In this document: in pieces, positions 14,146 to 27,670 of the stretch
Numbering within the stretch: position 1 is the stretch's first letter
How the letters are laid out: each line of letters opens with the position of its first letter
From: Octopus bimaculoides
Lineage: Eukaryota
Assembly: GCF_001194135.2 (NCBI RefSeq)
Contig: NC_068995.1
Span: 36,641,376 to 36,705,375, forward strand
Length of the DNA: 64,000 nucleotides
Reading direction: 5' to 3'
The notes under the pieces: model-generated
Seen by the model: only the letters and a program-made list of their open reading frames with translations
Database searches by the model: none
Told to the model about the DNA's origin: nothing
Position numbers and translations under genes: made by a program

Positions 14146-14627
14146 TCAGGCTGAGTAAAAAAAGTAAGCAACGTTTTGAGACATGAAATTCATCACAATA
14201 TATTTCAACAATGCGGAAATTTTATTCATCAAAGTAAGTTCCATTACAATCAACACATTTTTGCCAATGAGTTATGAGTTTGTTTATTCCGGTAACATAA
14301 AAATCTGGAGTTCTGGAGCTCATGAATTCTTTGAATATACTTTCAGGATCGGTTTGATTTTTGAACTCCTTCTCTTGCAGGAAACCATCAACGTGCTTGA
14401 AAAAGTGATAGTCAGTAGGAGAAAGGTCTGGGGAGTGAAGGCTTCAGTAGAACTTGTAACAACAGTGAAAAAAATATCAATGTTAATTTATTGATGCATT
14501 TGGGCAAGTCTATGTTTGTATTATCAGACAACTGCAAACAAATGCTAAAAAAAAATTCAAAACTCTGCAAAAATCTGGTACAAATTCTTCATGGTTCAAA
14601 ACGTTGCTTACTTTTTACTCAACCTGA
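14146..14627. mobile_element. Mariner-type non-autonomous element
   Basis: ~33-bp TIRs tcaggctgagtaaaaaaagtaagcaacgttttga / tcaaaacgttgcttactttttactcaacctga, TA TSD. Confidence 0.85.
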
Positions 14628-14942
14628 TATATAAAACAGAAGTCTGTGTGTCATGAGCAGAAGTAAGTTCCAATGTTTCCAAAAGGTTCTTTCTTCAAAA
14701 GAAATTAGTGCATAGGAAAGATGTCAACAAAATAGAGGAATTCTATTCACATCCTTCAGATTCATTCAAACTTATTAAAAAATAGACTTACAAATAAATA
14801 AATACATTCAATTGAATAACTCTGCTCAATTCCATTCAATGACAAATATAAATAGCAAAAGGACAACTCAAAGAAAATAAGAAGCAAAAAAAAAAAAAAA
14901 AGAAGAAAAACTTCTGCAAAGATAATGTTCAACACTGATTAC

Positions 14943-15165
14943 CTTGTTCTCTGGTTAAGCAGCATTTTACATTAATACATCTTTCATATATTGTAACATA
15001 AACAGGTCTTCAATGGAAAATGTCTTACTTCACAGACAAGAAATCTCTAAACAGAAAATCCATACCACATGATACTTTATGCAGGTGGTGAAACAATACT
15101 CACTGCACTAACTAAAACTAGCACTTAGCCATCAATTGTACATCAGCAGCTCGCAATGACTGTTT
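14943..15165 (-). other. Candidate alternative first exon (UTR-like)
   Basis: Donor AAG|gtaatc at 14942, Inr-like CAGTCATT near 15160 next to a GA microsatellite, stops in all frames. Confidence 0.3.
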
Positions 15166-15221
15166 TCCCCTCTCTCTCTCATTTGTGCATTCTCTCTCTC
15201 TCTTGCACTTGTGCACTCACT

Positions 15222-15252
<31 letters not shown>

Positions 15253-15816
15253 GTTACTAAACAATATCAACTTTATTCTAGTCTAATACTTAGTCCACCA
15301 TAGAACAAAACTGACCTCTTTAATAACCAATATAAGTGAGATGAAAGTTCCACTGAAGTTTTGAGTATTGTTATTCACATAATATAATGAGATAGACATG
15401 TGATAGAGAGGGGGGGAGGAGAGAAGTTCCTTAACACTACAAAAGCGAGAATGAATTTTATGGCTTTACAGGACACTTTAACATTTTTACTTTCTTCACA
15501 TGAAACTCAGATTTCAGGCCTAAGCAAGAGATACACTTATAGCCTAGTAACTCTTCTAACATGTGTTTCTGTGCATGTGTGTGTTTGTGCCTAAGCATGT
15601 GTATGAGTGTGTGGTTGAGTTCAAGTTAAGGGAAAATACTTAAGTGTTATGCAGGTTAAATAAACCTACATTAAAATCTCACGTATGTAATACCCTGAGT
15701 TGAAAAACTTACATTAAATGAGACATTCCTTGCAATTAGTAAAGAAAAACTCCCTCCAGGAGTATTTGAAATCTAGAAACAAGCATCAAGGGAGATAGCC
15801 TGAATAATAGCAGGTA

Positions 15817-16197
15817 CAGGCATGGCTGTGTGGTTAAGTGGTTTGCTTCCCAACTACATTGTTTCAGGTTCAGTTCTATTATGTGACACCTTGGCCAAAT
15901 GTCTTCTATTACAGCCCTAGGCCAACCAAAACCTTGTGAGCGGATTTGGTAGATGGAAACTGAAAGAAGCCCATTGTGTGTGCATGCATATGTATGTGTG
16001 TGTGTCTCCTAGCCTTGACATGATATGATTGATATAAATGAATGTCATTCATTTTCAATATGTTTCAAATACATATCTGGCCATGGGGAAATATTACTTT
16101 GCTTGGAAACAGATAAGAGCTTGTGACACGAAGGGCATCTATTCATAGAAAATTTACCTCAGTAAACTCCATGCAATATGTGCAAGCATGGAAAAAT
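15817..16197 (+). mobile_element. SINE family A with RTE-type tail
   Basis: Homology to the 18127 head; 3' part matches the ggaaacag...gggcatc...catggaaaa tail. Confidence 0.75.
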
Positions 16198-17597
16198 AAG
16201 CAATCACATCATTGAAATGTTGAAGCTAAAGCATGATTAACTCAAAAATAGGGGAATAAATAAGCATTACATTTGACAGAATAATCTGAATGTTAAAGGG
16301 TTAAATCTAAATATATAATATGCTAATTAGAATCTATAGGAAAATAGCTTCTCTAAGAAATACAGCAATTTAAAAGACGTGCTTTGTAAACTTAATGTAT
16401 TTTCAGCCTGAAGTAGACCAAGGTCTTTTTTTTTTTGTTGTATTCCCCTACCCTATCAGCACACAAGTTATAATGTTTTTAGTAGGGAGGTACTGTGTTG
16501 AATCAACAATATACACTATTGGTAGTTATTTTTAATCACCCTGAGGAACAAATGGCAAGTCACAATTAATAGGACATGCATTCAGATCACACCAGCAAAC
16601 TGGTTTCAATAAGTGTACAGTTTTATGTCATTGTGTCAACCATTTCACAACACCCTTGAAGCTGTGAATATCAAATAAAATATAATACAAATTTTCATAA
16701 ATTATTATTATTATTGTCTTTATCTGACCAAAAACAGAGAAGTTATTGCTCTTCTCACTAAAATAATGGCTTTATTCAAACTCACACACCTACACAATCA
16801 TATACATATACCAACACACACACACATCATTAAATTTTACTGAATAAATCTTTTGTGAACTACAAGCTGGTGAAGGACAACATTGTTCATGTTACAAATT
16901 GAGTTATTGATTTTTATAACCAATATAATGAAGCACGATAGTTTCACTTTAGGTAAAAAAAATAAAAATAAAAACATACATAGATAAACAATGCTATATA
17001 AATTTTACTTTCACAAGTTTAAGTTTTATTTGGATTAATTCACCATGCAAATTTATAATATGTGCCAGTTCTACATGAATAGAAGCACAAATATAGAAAA
17101 AAACTAAGACAAAATAAAATCAGTGACAGTGAATATGTCTAAAAGTGCAGTAACCAGAATTCTGTCATTTGTTCATATAAATGAGTATATAAGCAAATAA
17201 CAAAAACGTGACAAATTACTTTGGCACCAATTCAAACTACCCTCTATACAACAAAGATTCTATTTACAATGTAAAAAAAAAAAAAAAAAACATTGCTTTT
17301 TGTTTAAGATAATGCTATAGAAGAAGTGAAGGCCATGTTGTTCTCTTTTAAGAAACAATAAGAAGAGGTAGACACCCTTTCATTCACTTGCATTTCTTGG
17401 AATTCTTCAGAAGATATCTCTGAAAGGGATCCATATAGGCATATATGACAAACCAACAATAGATCTATGTGATTACTCAACCTGCTTAAAGCAGTAGCCA
17501 ACTCTCTTTAAAAAGGAAGGACAAAGACAATGCAGTCCATGCATGCATATATGTATGCACAGAAGGTGGGGTGCATACACATACAGCACAATAGATA

Positions 17598-17775
17598 TAG
17601 GCATGGCTGTGTAGTTAAGAAACTCACTTTGCAACCACATGGTTTTGGGTTCAGTCTCTCAGCATGGCACCTTGGTAAGTTGTCTTCTACTATAGCCCCA
17701 GAATGACCAATGTCTTGTTGATGGAATCCAACAGATAGAAAGTGCAGAAAGCCTATCAAGTGTGTGTGTGTGTGT
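17598..17775 (+). mobile_element. SINE family A
   Basis: Homology to the 18127 copy. Confidence 0.75.
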
Positions 17776-18126
17776 GTTATGTTTATGCAGGTATATTTTT
17801 ATCTTTTACTTGATTCAGTCAGTAGACTGAGGCCATGCTTGTAAATATGTGTGTGAGTGAGCATGTGTGTATGCATGCACACAACATGCAAATGTGTGTC
17901 AATGTTTACATTGTTTACTTATGTGAAGTGGTGCTGATGTTGACTTTATGACCAATAGAGCTATGATCTTGAAGAACTGTGAAATAAAGATATCCCTTAC
18001 TTGAAAACAGATAAGGTTTGGTGACAGGAAGAGCATCCAATTGTAAAATCCTGCCTCAAATTTACTCCTATCCAAGTTCATGCTAGCATGGAAAGAACAG
18101 GCATTAAAAGATCAATTAAATACATA

Positions 18127-18500
18127 TAGGCGTAGGAGTGGCTGTGTGGTAAGTAGCTTGCTTACGAACCACATGGTTCCGGGTTCAGTCCCACTGCGTG
18201 GCACCTTGGGCAAGTGTCTTCCACTATAGCCTCGGGCCGACAAAAGCCTTGTGAGTGGATTTGGTAGACGGAAACTGAAAGAAGCCCGTCATACATATGT
18301 ATATATATATATATGTGTGTGTTTGTCTCCCCACCATCGCTTGACAACTGATGCTGGTTTGTTTATGTCCCCATAACTTAGCGTTTCGGTAAAATGAAAC
18401 CGATAGAATAAGTACTAGGCTTACAAAGAATAAGTCCTGGGGTCGATTTGCTTGAGTGGTGCTCCAGCATGGCCGCAGTCAAATGACAAATAAATAAAAG
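18127..18500 (+). mobile_element. tRNA-derived SINE family A (CORE-like central domain), young copy
   Basis: A box TGGCTGTGTGG, B box GGTTCAGTCCC, caccttgggcaagtgtctt core-like motif. Confidence 0.85.
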
Positions 18501-18724
18501 AGCAAATCGACCTCAGGACTTATTCTTTGTAAGCTTAGTACTTATTCTATCGGTCTCTTTTTACTGAACTGCTGAGTTACGGTGATGTAAACACACCAGT
18601 ATCATATATACACACACACACAAACACATACATGAATAATTAATCAGGGATAGTCCTAGCTGCAATACCTTTGATTATACATCTGCTTAATCATGGCTGA
18701 CCTCACTGAAGTTAAGTAACAACA

Positions 18725-18755
<31 letters not shown>

Positions 18756-18875
18756 ATCATAAATATATAGGGATCAGCATGAGTTGCTTCACCAACATAC
18801 TGAAAATTTAGAAATAGCAGTCAAAGAACTACTGATTCCAAACTACAAATTTTTTCTCTAACGGATGGCGATATA

Positions 18876-18920
<45 letters not shown>

Positions 18921-20565
18921 GCACATTTTTGTGCATCTGCATGCAGACATTATGCAGAGAACTGTATAGGCATGCATACTTACATTTCAGTGTGGACTCC
19001 CACATGTATGAACACTTTAACCTATGAATGCATAGCATCCAGAAAAATGGAAGCAGGAAGAATTACTATTGCTTGTTAAGTAAACTATTGAGCTGATTTT
19101 GGTATAGTCTGCCTCTAAACTAGTGCTCTGTGAGTAAGTAGGTGCTGCATATAAATAAACTAACTATAGACATGTATGAAACAAGTAATAGTTTTTTTTT
19201 TGTTTTCCTGCGTCCATTTTTCTGGATGCTATGCATTAATAGGTTAAACAAAATTGAAAAATCCATGACACAATCAGATTTTAATCACATTCCACTCCTA
19301 GGTATTTACATTAGAATAAATGATGTATCGCAATAAAAAGAGGGGGGGAAAAAAACTAATTTACTGCTTGTATTTTGACCAGCTACTGTCCTAAATGCAA
19401 TAAACTACTTGAAATATAAACAACTGTCTACATAAAAATACTAGATATATGAATCACTGAACAAAGGAAAATAAACAGACACAAATAGTATTGAATTTAA
19501 TACTACCAAATAACATATCAAATAACAAGCAAATTTAAATTTCAAAAGCTTTTACTCATAGCTTAGTTTAGAAACAATTGCATCTTTTGACCAGTTTGAT
19601 AACAAGATTTTATTTACACTCATTAGGAGAATCTTCATACTACTCACATTATGATCAATATTTAAAGTTTGAGTTTATCTGAAATTGAGGTCAAAATATG
19701 ATTGATTTTACACTCACTATTTATTTCTTATTCTGCAAGTTCTTATCTTAAAAGATTTTAGTGAAGTGTTTCTTGTGCACTTTTTTTTCACTTCTACAAC
19801 CTAGCAGAAATTTCCTAGTTTAGCTTAAAGAATACACAAACATGAATTTACTTATCAAGCTCTGATCTGCTGGTAAAAAAAAAGTTCACTGAAGTACATA
19901 ATTTGTAGAAAGGTAGGCAAAGAGAGAAGCATAGATAAGTGTGAGTGTCTGGTTAAAAGATATACAAAAACTGCTTGGATAAAAATTCACTATTTTTTGA
20001 GAAGTAAATAAATAGATTATTGCCCCAACTATCAAGACTTCTTACAAAGAGCTAAAAACAAACACATTTATGGCACCTACAAGAGCGATCTATTTTGAAT
20101 ATAATCTCTTCAGCTTAAATATAACCATTTCATCATAAATATTAATCTTATTGATTAACAGAAATACTTCCAAAACCATTTTGAAATAGCAAAGGTGATA
20201 TTAAAAGATACATATATTAATCTGAAATATTTCTATTAAACCTGTAAATCTATCTGCTGGTTTGAAGTAAATTTCAAGTGTACAGCTGGTAAAAGCACTA
20301 CACAGCCACTACTGTGGTTTCTAACAACTATTGAAAGATCTCACTGTTGCCCAACAAAAGAAATCGAACAAAAATCAATAAGAGAGCATTATTATTAAAC
20401 CAACTTTCGTGAGAGCATAAATATTTCTCTTAAATTTGCTTTTACTTTTTTACCAGGTGTTAAATGTTTGAACAAAGCAAAAAGATAGACACGTTAACTA
20501 ACAATGGTTGTTTTAACAAGACTTACTGTGAAGCTTTGCTGTCAAAATTTATTCACATTATATCA

Positions 20566-20776
20566 ACTCTTTGGCATTTAAACCAGCCATATCCAATTCA
20601 AATATATATGTTCAAACTGACCAGATCAGCCTCTCACACATACTCTACAATGTTATTTTAAAAATAAACAGTCACATCATCAAAATCTCAAAGCTACAAG
20701 GTAATGCATGATTAATTCAAAACAATGTGAAGAAATAAGCATTACATTTGACAGAGTAATCTGCATGTTAAAGTGT
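20566..20776 (-). mobile_element. piggyBac-type MITE, family 1 (reverse)
   Basis: Reverse-complement homology to 4721-4937. Confidence 0.7.
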
Positions 20777-21399
20777 TCAATAACATCTTGATCAAATAAC
20801 AGAATAGAGCCAAAAAAGGCTACTGATCCAAGTATTAGATTGGATTGCCTATGTTCATTCCACTACAGGATGAAGGCCTCAGCATGTTCTCTCCAGCAAC
20901 CACTGTGTTATGCAGAAACCATAAAACTGAGCTTCAGGCCATACTTGTTTGACGAGCCTACTCTGCTCTGTTACACTGGCTCGACATGGTTTGGCAATAG
21001 GGTGCAATTTTTATACTCTTACCCAGGAATAATTAAGTCAATTACAATTGACCCCAGTACTTCAAGTATAAAACAGAAAATATAAAGAATCAGAAAATAA
21101 GCTAATAAATCACATTTCATAGAGAGAGTTAGTTTAACTGTGATTTTAAGCAGTTCTGGATACTTAAAATACCATAAAACCTAAGTACTAATTTATAAAT
21201 GATAATATTCAAAACACTTATTTGCTATTTAGCAATTGGCAAAAAGATATTGAAACCTTACAGATTTTAAAAATGAAAGAAAATAGTTGGGAATATTTAA
21301 AATAGCACTAGATTCTTAGGAAATTTTGTAAAACATGCCATGTGTGGAATACAGTTTTTAATTATTTCTCATGATAATTATCATACAAATTTAGTCACA

Positions 21400-21720
21400 G
21401 TCAGGTCTGTATGGTTGAGAAGCTAACTTTGCTATAACATGGTTTCAGGTTCAATCCCACCATGTAGCACTTTGGTTAATGGTTTTCTACTATAAGCCAG
21501 CTGACCAATGACTTGAGTGAATTTGGCAGCTGAAAACTGTGTGGAAGCCCATCATACATGTATGAGTGTGTGTGTGTCTTTGTGTTTGTCCCTCCACCAC
21601 TTGACAACCTGTGTTGGTTTGTTTATGTTCCCCCATAACTTAGCAGTTTAGCTTAAGAGAGTGATAAAATACCAGACTTTTAAGTACTGAGATAAAAATG
21701 TTTGACTAAACTCTTCAAAT
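21400..21720 (+). mobile_element. SINE family A
   Basis: Homology to the 18127 copy. Confidence 0.7.
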
Positions 21721-22116
21721 TGGAATAATGGTCCCACTGATGTTATAGACACGCCTCATATGGCAATTAGAGACAAAGTGAGATATTAATTAAGAAAGTT
21801 AATGTTTAATTTAAGTTTTGCAGGTTAGGACAGCTTTCTTTCTAAAGGTCCTTTCCTAAATGGTCAAAATGAAGTTCCCAGAAAGTCTAAAACAGATCAT
21901 TAGTAATTTAAGTAAAGAGACAGAGTTCAGTACATAGTATACAAAACCAATTCAAAATACAGGTGGTTTTATAACAATAGAGACAGTGAGAAGAGAATTT
22001 GGTCTAGCTAGACATACAAATATATCTGCAAACGTTTCTTATGATTCACTGAACTTGCCATTAAAGTACAGGAAATTAATGAGAGCCACTTAATGCAAAA
22101 TATATATATATATGTA

Positions 22117-22312
22117 TATAATCATAAATATACAGGGATTAGCATGGGTTGCTTCTCCAACATACTGAGAATTTAGAAATAGCAGTCGAAGAACTACTGA
22201 TTCCAAACTACAAATTTGTAGTTTGGAATCAGTAGTTCTTTGACTGCTATTTCTAAATTCTCAGTATGTTGGAGAAGTAACTCATGCTAATCCCTGTATA
22301 TTTATGATTATA
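22117..22312. repeat. 196-bp near-perfect palindrome with no spacer
   Basis: 98-bp arms centred at 22214/22215, 3 mismatches. Confidence 0.95.
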
Positions 22313-22854
22313 AATGGTTTTACCGATAAAGGTTTTTTCATACTGAACTACTTGGCAAAATTGTTAATTATTAATTTTATTACTAATTGACGATTCCCTG
22401 CCCTATATCTATATCTATATCTATATATATATATTTTTCAAAAAATGTGTTTTATGTTTCAATTCAAAATTCAGGCTTGTTAAAACCAATTGATACATTT
22501 GTGAAGGCACATTGCCTAGTGATTAGAGTGTTACACTTGAAACCTTGATTTCATGATTATGGTTTCATTTCCTGGACTGGATGGTGCATTGCGTTCTTAA
22601 GCAAAACATTATCTCATGTTGTTTTGTGATTATTTCAACATCTGGCATGTGGCACAGTATGCACCTATACAGGCAATGTCAATTTGATGGAGAGAATGAT
22701 CTCATGTACAGCACAAACACTTTATCACTACAAGCAAACCACTTGTGCAGTTTGTTCAGCAAGAAATTGTAGAATTGTCTTTCACAGACTCAAGCATCTA
22801 CCAACAATATATCCAGTAATCATACTTTCCTCTATATTCCTAAACAGCTCTCAT

Positions 22855-23250
22855 CATCATCATCATCATTTAATTTCCATTTTCCATGCTAGCATAGGTT
22901 AGATGGTTTGATTGAAACTGGTATGCCAGAGAGCTGCACCATGGTCCAGGTTGGTTTTGGCTTGGTTTCTATGGCTTTGTAATGCCAACCACTCCAAAGA
23001 GTGTACCGGATGCTTTTAACATGTCACTGGCATGGGGGCCTTTGACATGTTGCCAGCATGGGTGTCTTTAACATGTTACTAGCATAGGTGCCCTTAATTT
23101 GTCACTGGCACAGGTGTCCTTAATGTGTCACTGGCACTGACCCCATCTGTTATTCCACTAAGTTTGACATGTCTTCTCAAGCACAGCAAATCACCAACAG
23201 TCTGTGCCATTTTATTGCCTCCACGAGACTTGACATCCGAAGATCATATT
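22855..23250 (-). mobile_element. RTE-type LINE/SINE 3' UTR with (GAT)n tail and 26-bp minisatellite (23016-23142, ~5 units); similar tails at 6483-6750, 9540-9755, 24160-24310
   Basis: Shared gggcatccagc...catggaaa...gatgatgat tail; unit ttaacatgtcactggcatgggggcct repeated with a 26-nt period. Confidence 0.65.
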
Positions 23251-23819
23251 TCACTGCTTCACTTTTGACAATATTATTTACATATTTTAAAGAGTTTATT
23301 TAAACAAAGAGCAATAATTATCAAAACTATATCTGACATTTCAGCAACTCAAGCTTGTTTATCATTTGATAAAATAAAATAAGGAAAAAAGAAATTAATA
23401 ATCATCTCATCTTAAAGATAACTAATTGTTAAGTAAAAGGTCAGACTTTTATACATTGAACAAAACAGCAACTACAATAGCTGTGGATAATTTACTAACA
23501 AATCAACTGATTAGATTAGCTAATTAGTTGTCTGACTTTCATTGGCTATACAACTGCTAAACATTAACAGATTTCTTGGTAAGGAAAAACAAAATCTATA
23601 AGTCAAATATTTATTACCTGTGATAGAAGTGAGAAAAAAATAAAATGAAAATACTGGATATTGTATTTGGAGTAAATTTGAATAACAGATGAATCATATG
23701 CTTTGTATATTTGTAACCAACCAAACTTTTCTACATCAAAACAGTTTTAAATGTTTCTGTGATCAGAGAAATTAAGACTACAACTGTTGATGTACCCAAC
23801 CAAATTTTACTTCCTAGCT

Positions 23820-24120
23820 ATTTATTCTATCTATCCAGTTGGGTAACTTGCTCAAACAAGATGTCCTGATCTTCCATTGCAGTCATCATATCCAGCATCT
23901 CCACAGGTTGATCGATATATGCTCTTCTTGGTCTGCCAATATCTGTATGTCCATGCATAGGTTTCCAGAGAAAGAGATCACTGGACATTTTATCCTTGTT
24001 TCTCCAGCAGCATCCTGCAAATAATGTGTTGGTTTTTCTCTGATTACCAAGATGATTGTAGGAAGACTGCCATTCAGTCACTCACTGCTTTGTAAGATGT
24101 TGCGTGTTTTCAAGTCTTTT
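23820..24120 (-). mobile_element. Non-LTR retrotransposon C-terminal remnant
   Basis: SDLFLWKPMHGHTDIGRPRRAYIDQ, typical of an RTE-like post-RT region. Confidence 0.55.
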
Positions 24121-24319
24121 TTAGTTCCCAATAAGTACAATTTATATCCATCATTAGAGTGGTTGGCATTAGGAAGGGCATCCAGCTGGAGAAACTCTGC
24201 CAAATCAGATTGGAGCCTGGTGTAGCCATCTGGTTTCACCAGTCCTCAGTCAAATCGTCCAACCCATGCTAGAATGGAAAGCGGACGTTAGACGACGACG
24301 ATGATGATATATATATAAG

Positions 24320-24482
24320 ACAGGCTTCTTTCAGTTTCTATCTACCAAATCCATTCACAAGGCTTTGGTCGGCCTGGGGATATAGTAGACACCTGCCCAA
24401 GGTGCCACACAGTGGGACTGAACCAGGAACCAGGTGGTTGGGAAGCAAACTTCTTACCACACAGCCACATCTGTGCCTGTAT
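24320..24482 (-). mobile_element. SINE family A (reverse)
   Basis: Reverse-complement homology to the 18127 copy. Confidence 0.8.
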
Positions 24483-24862
24483 GGTTATTTTTTTTTTACT
24501 TCTTTGTTGTTTTAAAATGCTTCTTTGCAAATATCACAACTGGCCACAAAAAAATTTTCAACAAGCATTTTATATGTATCAGATATAAAGTTGTACTATG
24601 ACATAACCAGCTCATGTAGAAAAGATTGTTATTCATAAGATGACCTTAATATTATATGCCTGGAATCAGAACAATAATAATTGTATAGCTGATTATATTT
24701 CCAGTGAATAAATAGAAAAAAACAAAATAATAAAAATCAAGCAATAGAATAAAAATTATGTCTATTCAACAGGTTTAACAAGTATTTTGTAAAAACAAAA
24801 TTTACAGCCCAAAAGTACATTGAAAAAGAAACCAGATAGCACTTAGCATGAACTTATAAAAT

Positions 24863-24863
<1 letters not shown>

Positions 24864-24936
<73 letters not shown>

Positions 24937-24963
24937 GCGTGCGCACGTGCATGTGTGTGTGTG
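24864..24963. repeat. (TG)n microsatellite
   Basis: Direct reading. Confidence 0.95.
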
Positions 24964-26122
24964 CACAATAGGGAAAGTGATCAGAAAAGAAACTAAAAAA
25001 TATTCTGTAGCTTCTTTTCTTAATGCAGGAGTTTAGGTGAGATCTGTTTTTATGCTCAGCAATAATGAAAAACTATTGATTCGATTAGTTTTACTAATGA
25101 CCAAAATGAAAACATGAAATACCCAAAAATGCCTGCAATGAGTTGTTAATGCAATTATATTTTTGCAGACTTTTAAACTTGTTAACCTTAGCTTTAGAGA
25201 CGAAAGGACTCAGTTCAGTTCCTGCAATGATCAACTATACCTTTCATTCTTTTGTTGGAAGGAGGGAGCATTAATAAATCAAGTACCCGGCCCAGTGCTG
25301 GTACAGCCTTCTTTCCCTTAAACTATTACAGCCTGGGTGTTCCACTGAATCAAGGGTGGAAAGACAGAGAGTATCTATTAACTATTCTATGGACTTGGAT
25401 ACCTACAACTACAAAAGCATGGTACATTGGTACCTACAACAACAGAAGCATAGTACACAGGTACCTACAACAAGAACAAAAGCATAGTACATGATATCCA
25501 ATCATTCTTGGTTGTGAAAACTGAAGCCCATCAATATCATGTTTGGTATCTGATTTGTCAGGTATCTTATTCCTGGATATGTCCCTAGAACTGGCCCAGA
25601 AATAAATAGTAAATCAGAAATAAAAATTCTTCCTTTGATATCAGCTCAGTATTCCTTGATTTTATCAGAAGCTCAGCGACAAAAGAATTTTTATACCAGA
25701 ATATGAAGATATTCTGAAAGTGGTGTTGACTGTGATGATCAGTTTTATAGTACTAACAACTTAGTACTACTAAATATAATAAATGGAAAAAATGAATTCA
25801 ATGGAATGTGAGATTGTGTGTATAAGAGTTTAAAATAAATAGTAGACGTTGCTACCAAAATTAAATGAAGTTCAAATGAATACTCTCTAATCTCATACAA
25901 CAGAAGTTGATGTTAACACTAAACTACTTTTTGAGTCCCTCACATGAATGATTTTCACTGGCAAATATTGCAGAAAACATTTAGTCCCTTATCCAGAGTA
26001 TAGCAATTGTGGTGTATGAATATACAACTCTTCAGCTAAAATACCAATACTTCTCTCACTCAATATTTATGATACCTCTGGAATTGGAAAAATTTACAAA
26101 TATTAGAAAACTAATGGTTAAG

Positions 26123-26310
26123 CAGTGAGCTGGCAGAATCGTTAGCACACTGAGTAAAATGCTTAGTGGCATTTCATCTGTTTTTATGTTCTGATTTCAA
26201 ATTCTGTCACAGTCAATACAATAAGTACCAGTTGAGTACGGAGGTCAATGTAATCAATTTATCCCATCCCCCAAAATTGCTGGCCTTTTGTCAAAATTTG
26301 AAATCATTAT
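26123..26310 (+). mobile_element. SINE family B
   Basis: gagctggcagaatcgttagc head, aaaatttgaaatcattatt tail. Confidence 0.75.
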
Positions 26311-27419
26311 TTGAAAACTGATCAAAAAGACTACACATTGAATACTGATGAGACACTTTTTTTTCAGCCAATTCAACTAAAATAAGAAGCAATAACATTT
26401 TATTACAGAAGGATTAGGAAATCAGTATGGAGGTGTTTAGAATATAATGAATTGCTCTTTTCATTATGTTGACATTACTGTTGATAGCAAACATTTGAAA
26501 AGCTTAGAAAATACTTTACTTTAACAATAATTTTTGCAATTAGCCTAATGATAGAAAATAATTTTTTCCTAAACTAGATTTCAGAAAAAATCCTAAAGAT
26601 GGCATGAAAAAATAACTAGATTGAAAGAATAAAAATCAACCAAAAATTGATATTTTATAGAAATATATTGATTGTAGGTGTATAGTTGGCCAGAAACAAC
26701 AAAATTTATGTTCCCCTCACTGATGCTGCAGTGTATACAAAGCCCCAAGTGTTTTTCTCTCAAATGATTAAACCCATTCTAGACCAGCAAGTTTCACTGA
26801 AGCATACAGGTGAAATGCAAGGGGTATCCAAATGCACCAGAAACTATTTTGAAAATATGAATTTAAAGTCTTAGAAAATCCCTACTAATGCTTGATCAGC
26901 TTGAAAAAGTTTGCTTTTTATAATTCTACTATAAACAAGTATGGTTCATAAAGCATGTATGCAGTAATTTCCTATATTATTTTCTAAATTTTAAAGTTTT
27001 TGAAGGATTTTTTAACACTCCATATAAAATGTGCCACTCATTTTCCTTCTTTATTTTTTTTCCTTTAATCTTCATTGTTCAATGAAGTGAAAACGATTTA
27101 GACCCCTTGATTCAGATAGTAAATAGGAACAGTAAATAAGCAGAACTCACAGTTATAAGTAGCAAGTGTTTAAATGCTAAGTTAAAAAACATGGGCTCTG
27201 TCAAAGCAACATTGAGATGAACTTATCACTCATGCCCAATGATCCAATATTCACGAAACTCAGAAATGGCTAAGAAAAAAAAAAAAACAGACTACTTTAA
27301 ATATGTAATTCAATACCAAAATTCTGACATCAAAGCTTATCCTAAATAATTTTCTCTTTTATTCCAATGTTAATGTTGAAATGTATGGCAGTAGAAGGTG
27401 AACTCTAACTCATTATACA

Positions 27420-27634
27420 TAATCCTTTCTACTATAGACACAAGGCCTGAAATTTTGAGGGATGAGGTTAGTCAATTACATCAACCTCAGTATTCATCTA
27501 GTACTTATTTTATCAATCCTGGAAGGATGAAAGGCAAAGTCAACCTAGGTTAAATTTCAAAATCAGAATGTAAAGATGGATGAAATGCAGCTAAGCATTT
27601 TGTCTGGTGTGCTGATTCTGCCAGCCCACCACTT
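27420..27634 (-). mobile_element. SINE family B
   Basis: Reverse-complement homology; head abuts (TAA)n. Confidence 0.8.
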
Positions 27635-27670
27635 TAATAATAATAACTCAATAATAACTCAATAATAATA

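Noticed and set aside
15713-15772. 60-nt open exon-like segment (also 19066-19143, 33810-33894, 34686-34761, and a 39-nt segment near 36420-36460)
   Set aside because: Splice-like strings of this strength are expected by chance in 64 kb of AT-rich DNA and have no supporting context.
17304-17501. Minus-strand ORF that could be a terminal exon followed by an AT-rich 3' UTR
   Set aside because: Weak acceptor, no recognisable protein, and it conflicts with stronger downstream exon candidates.
23016-23142. Regular 26-bp repeats that might suggest a CRISPR-like array
   Set aside because: Head-to-tail minisatellite with no spacers, inside a retroelement 3' UTR in eukaryotic DNA.
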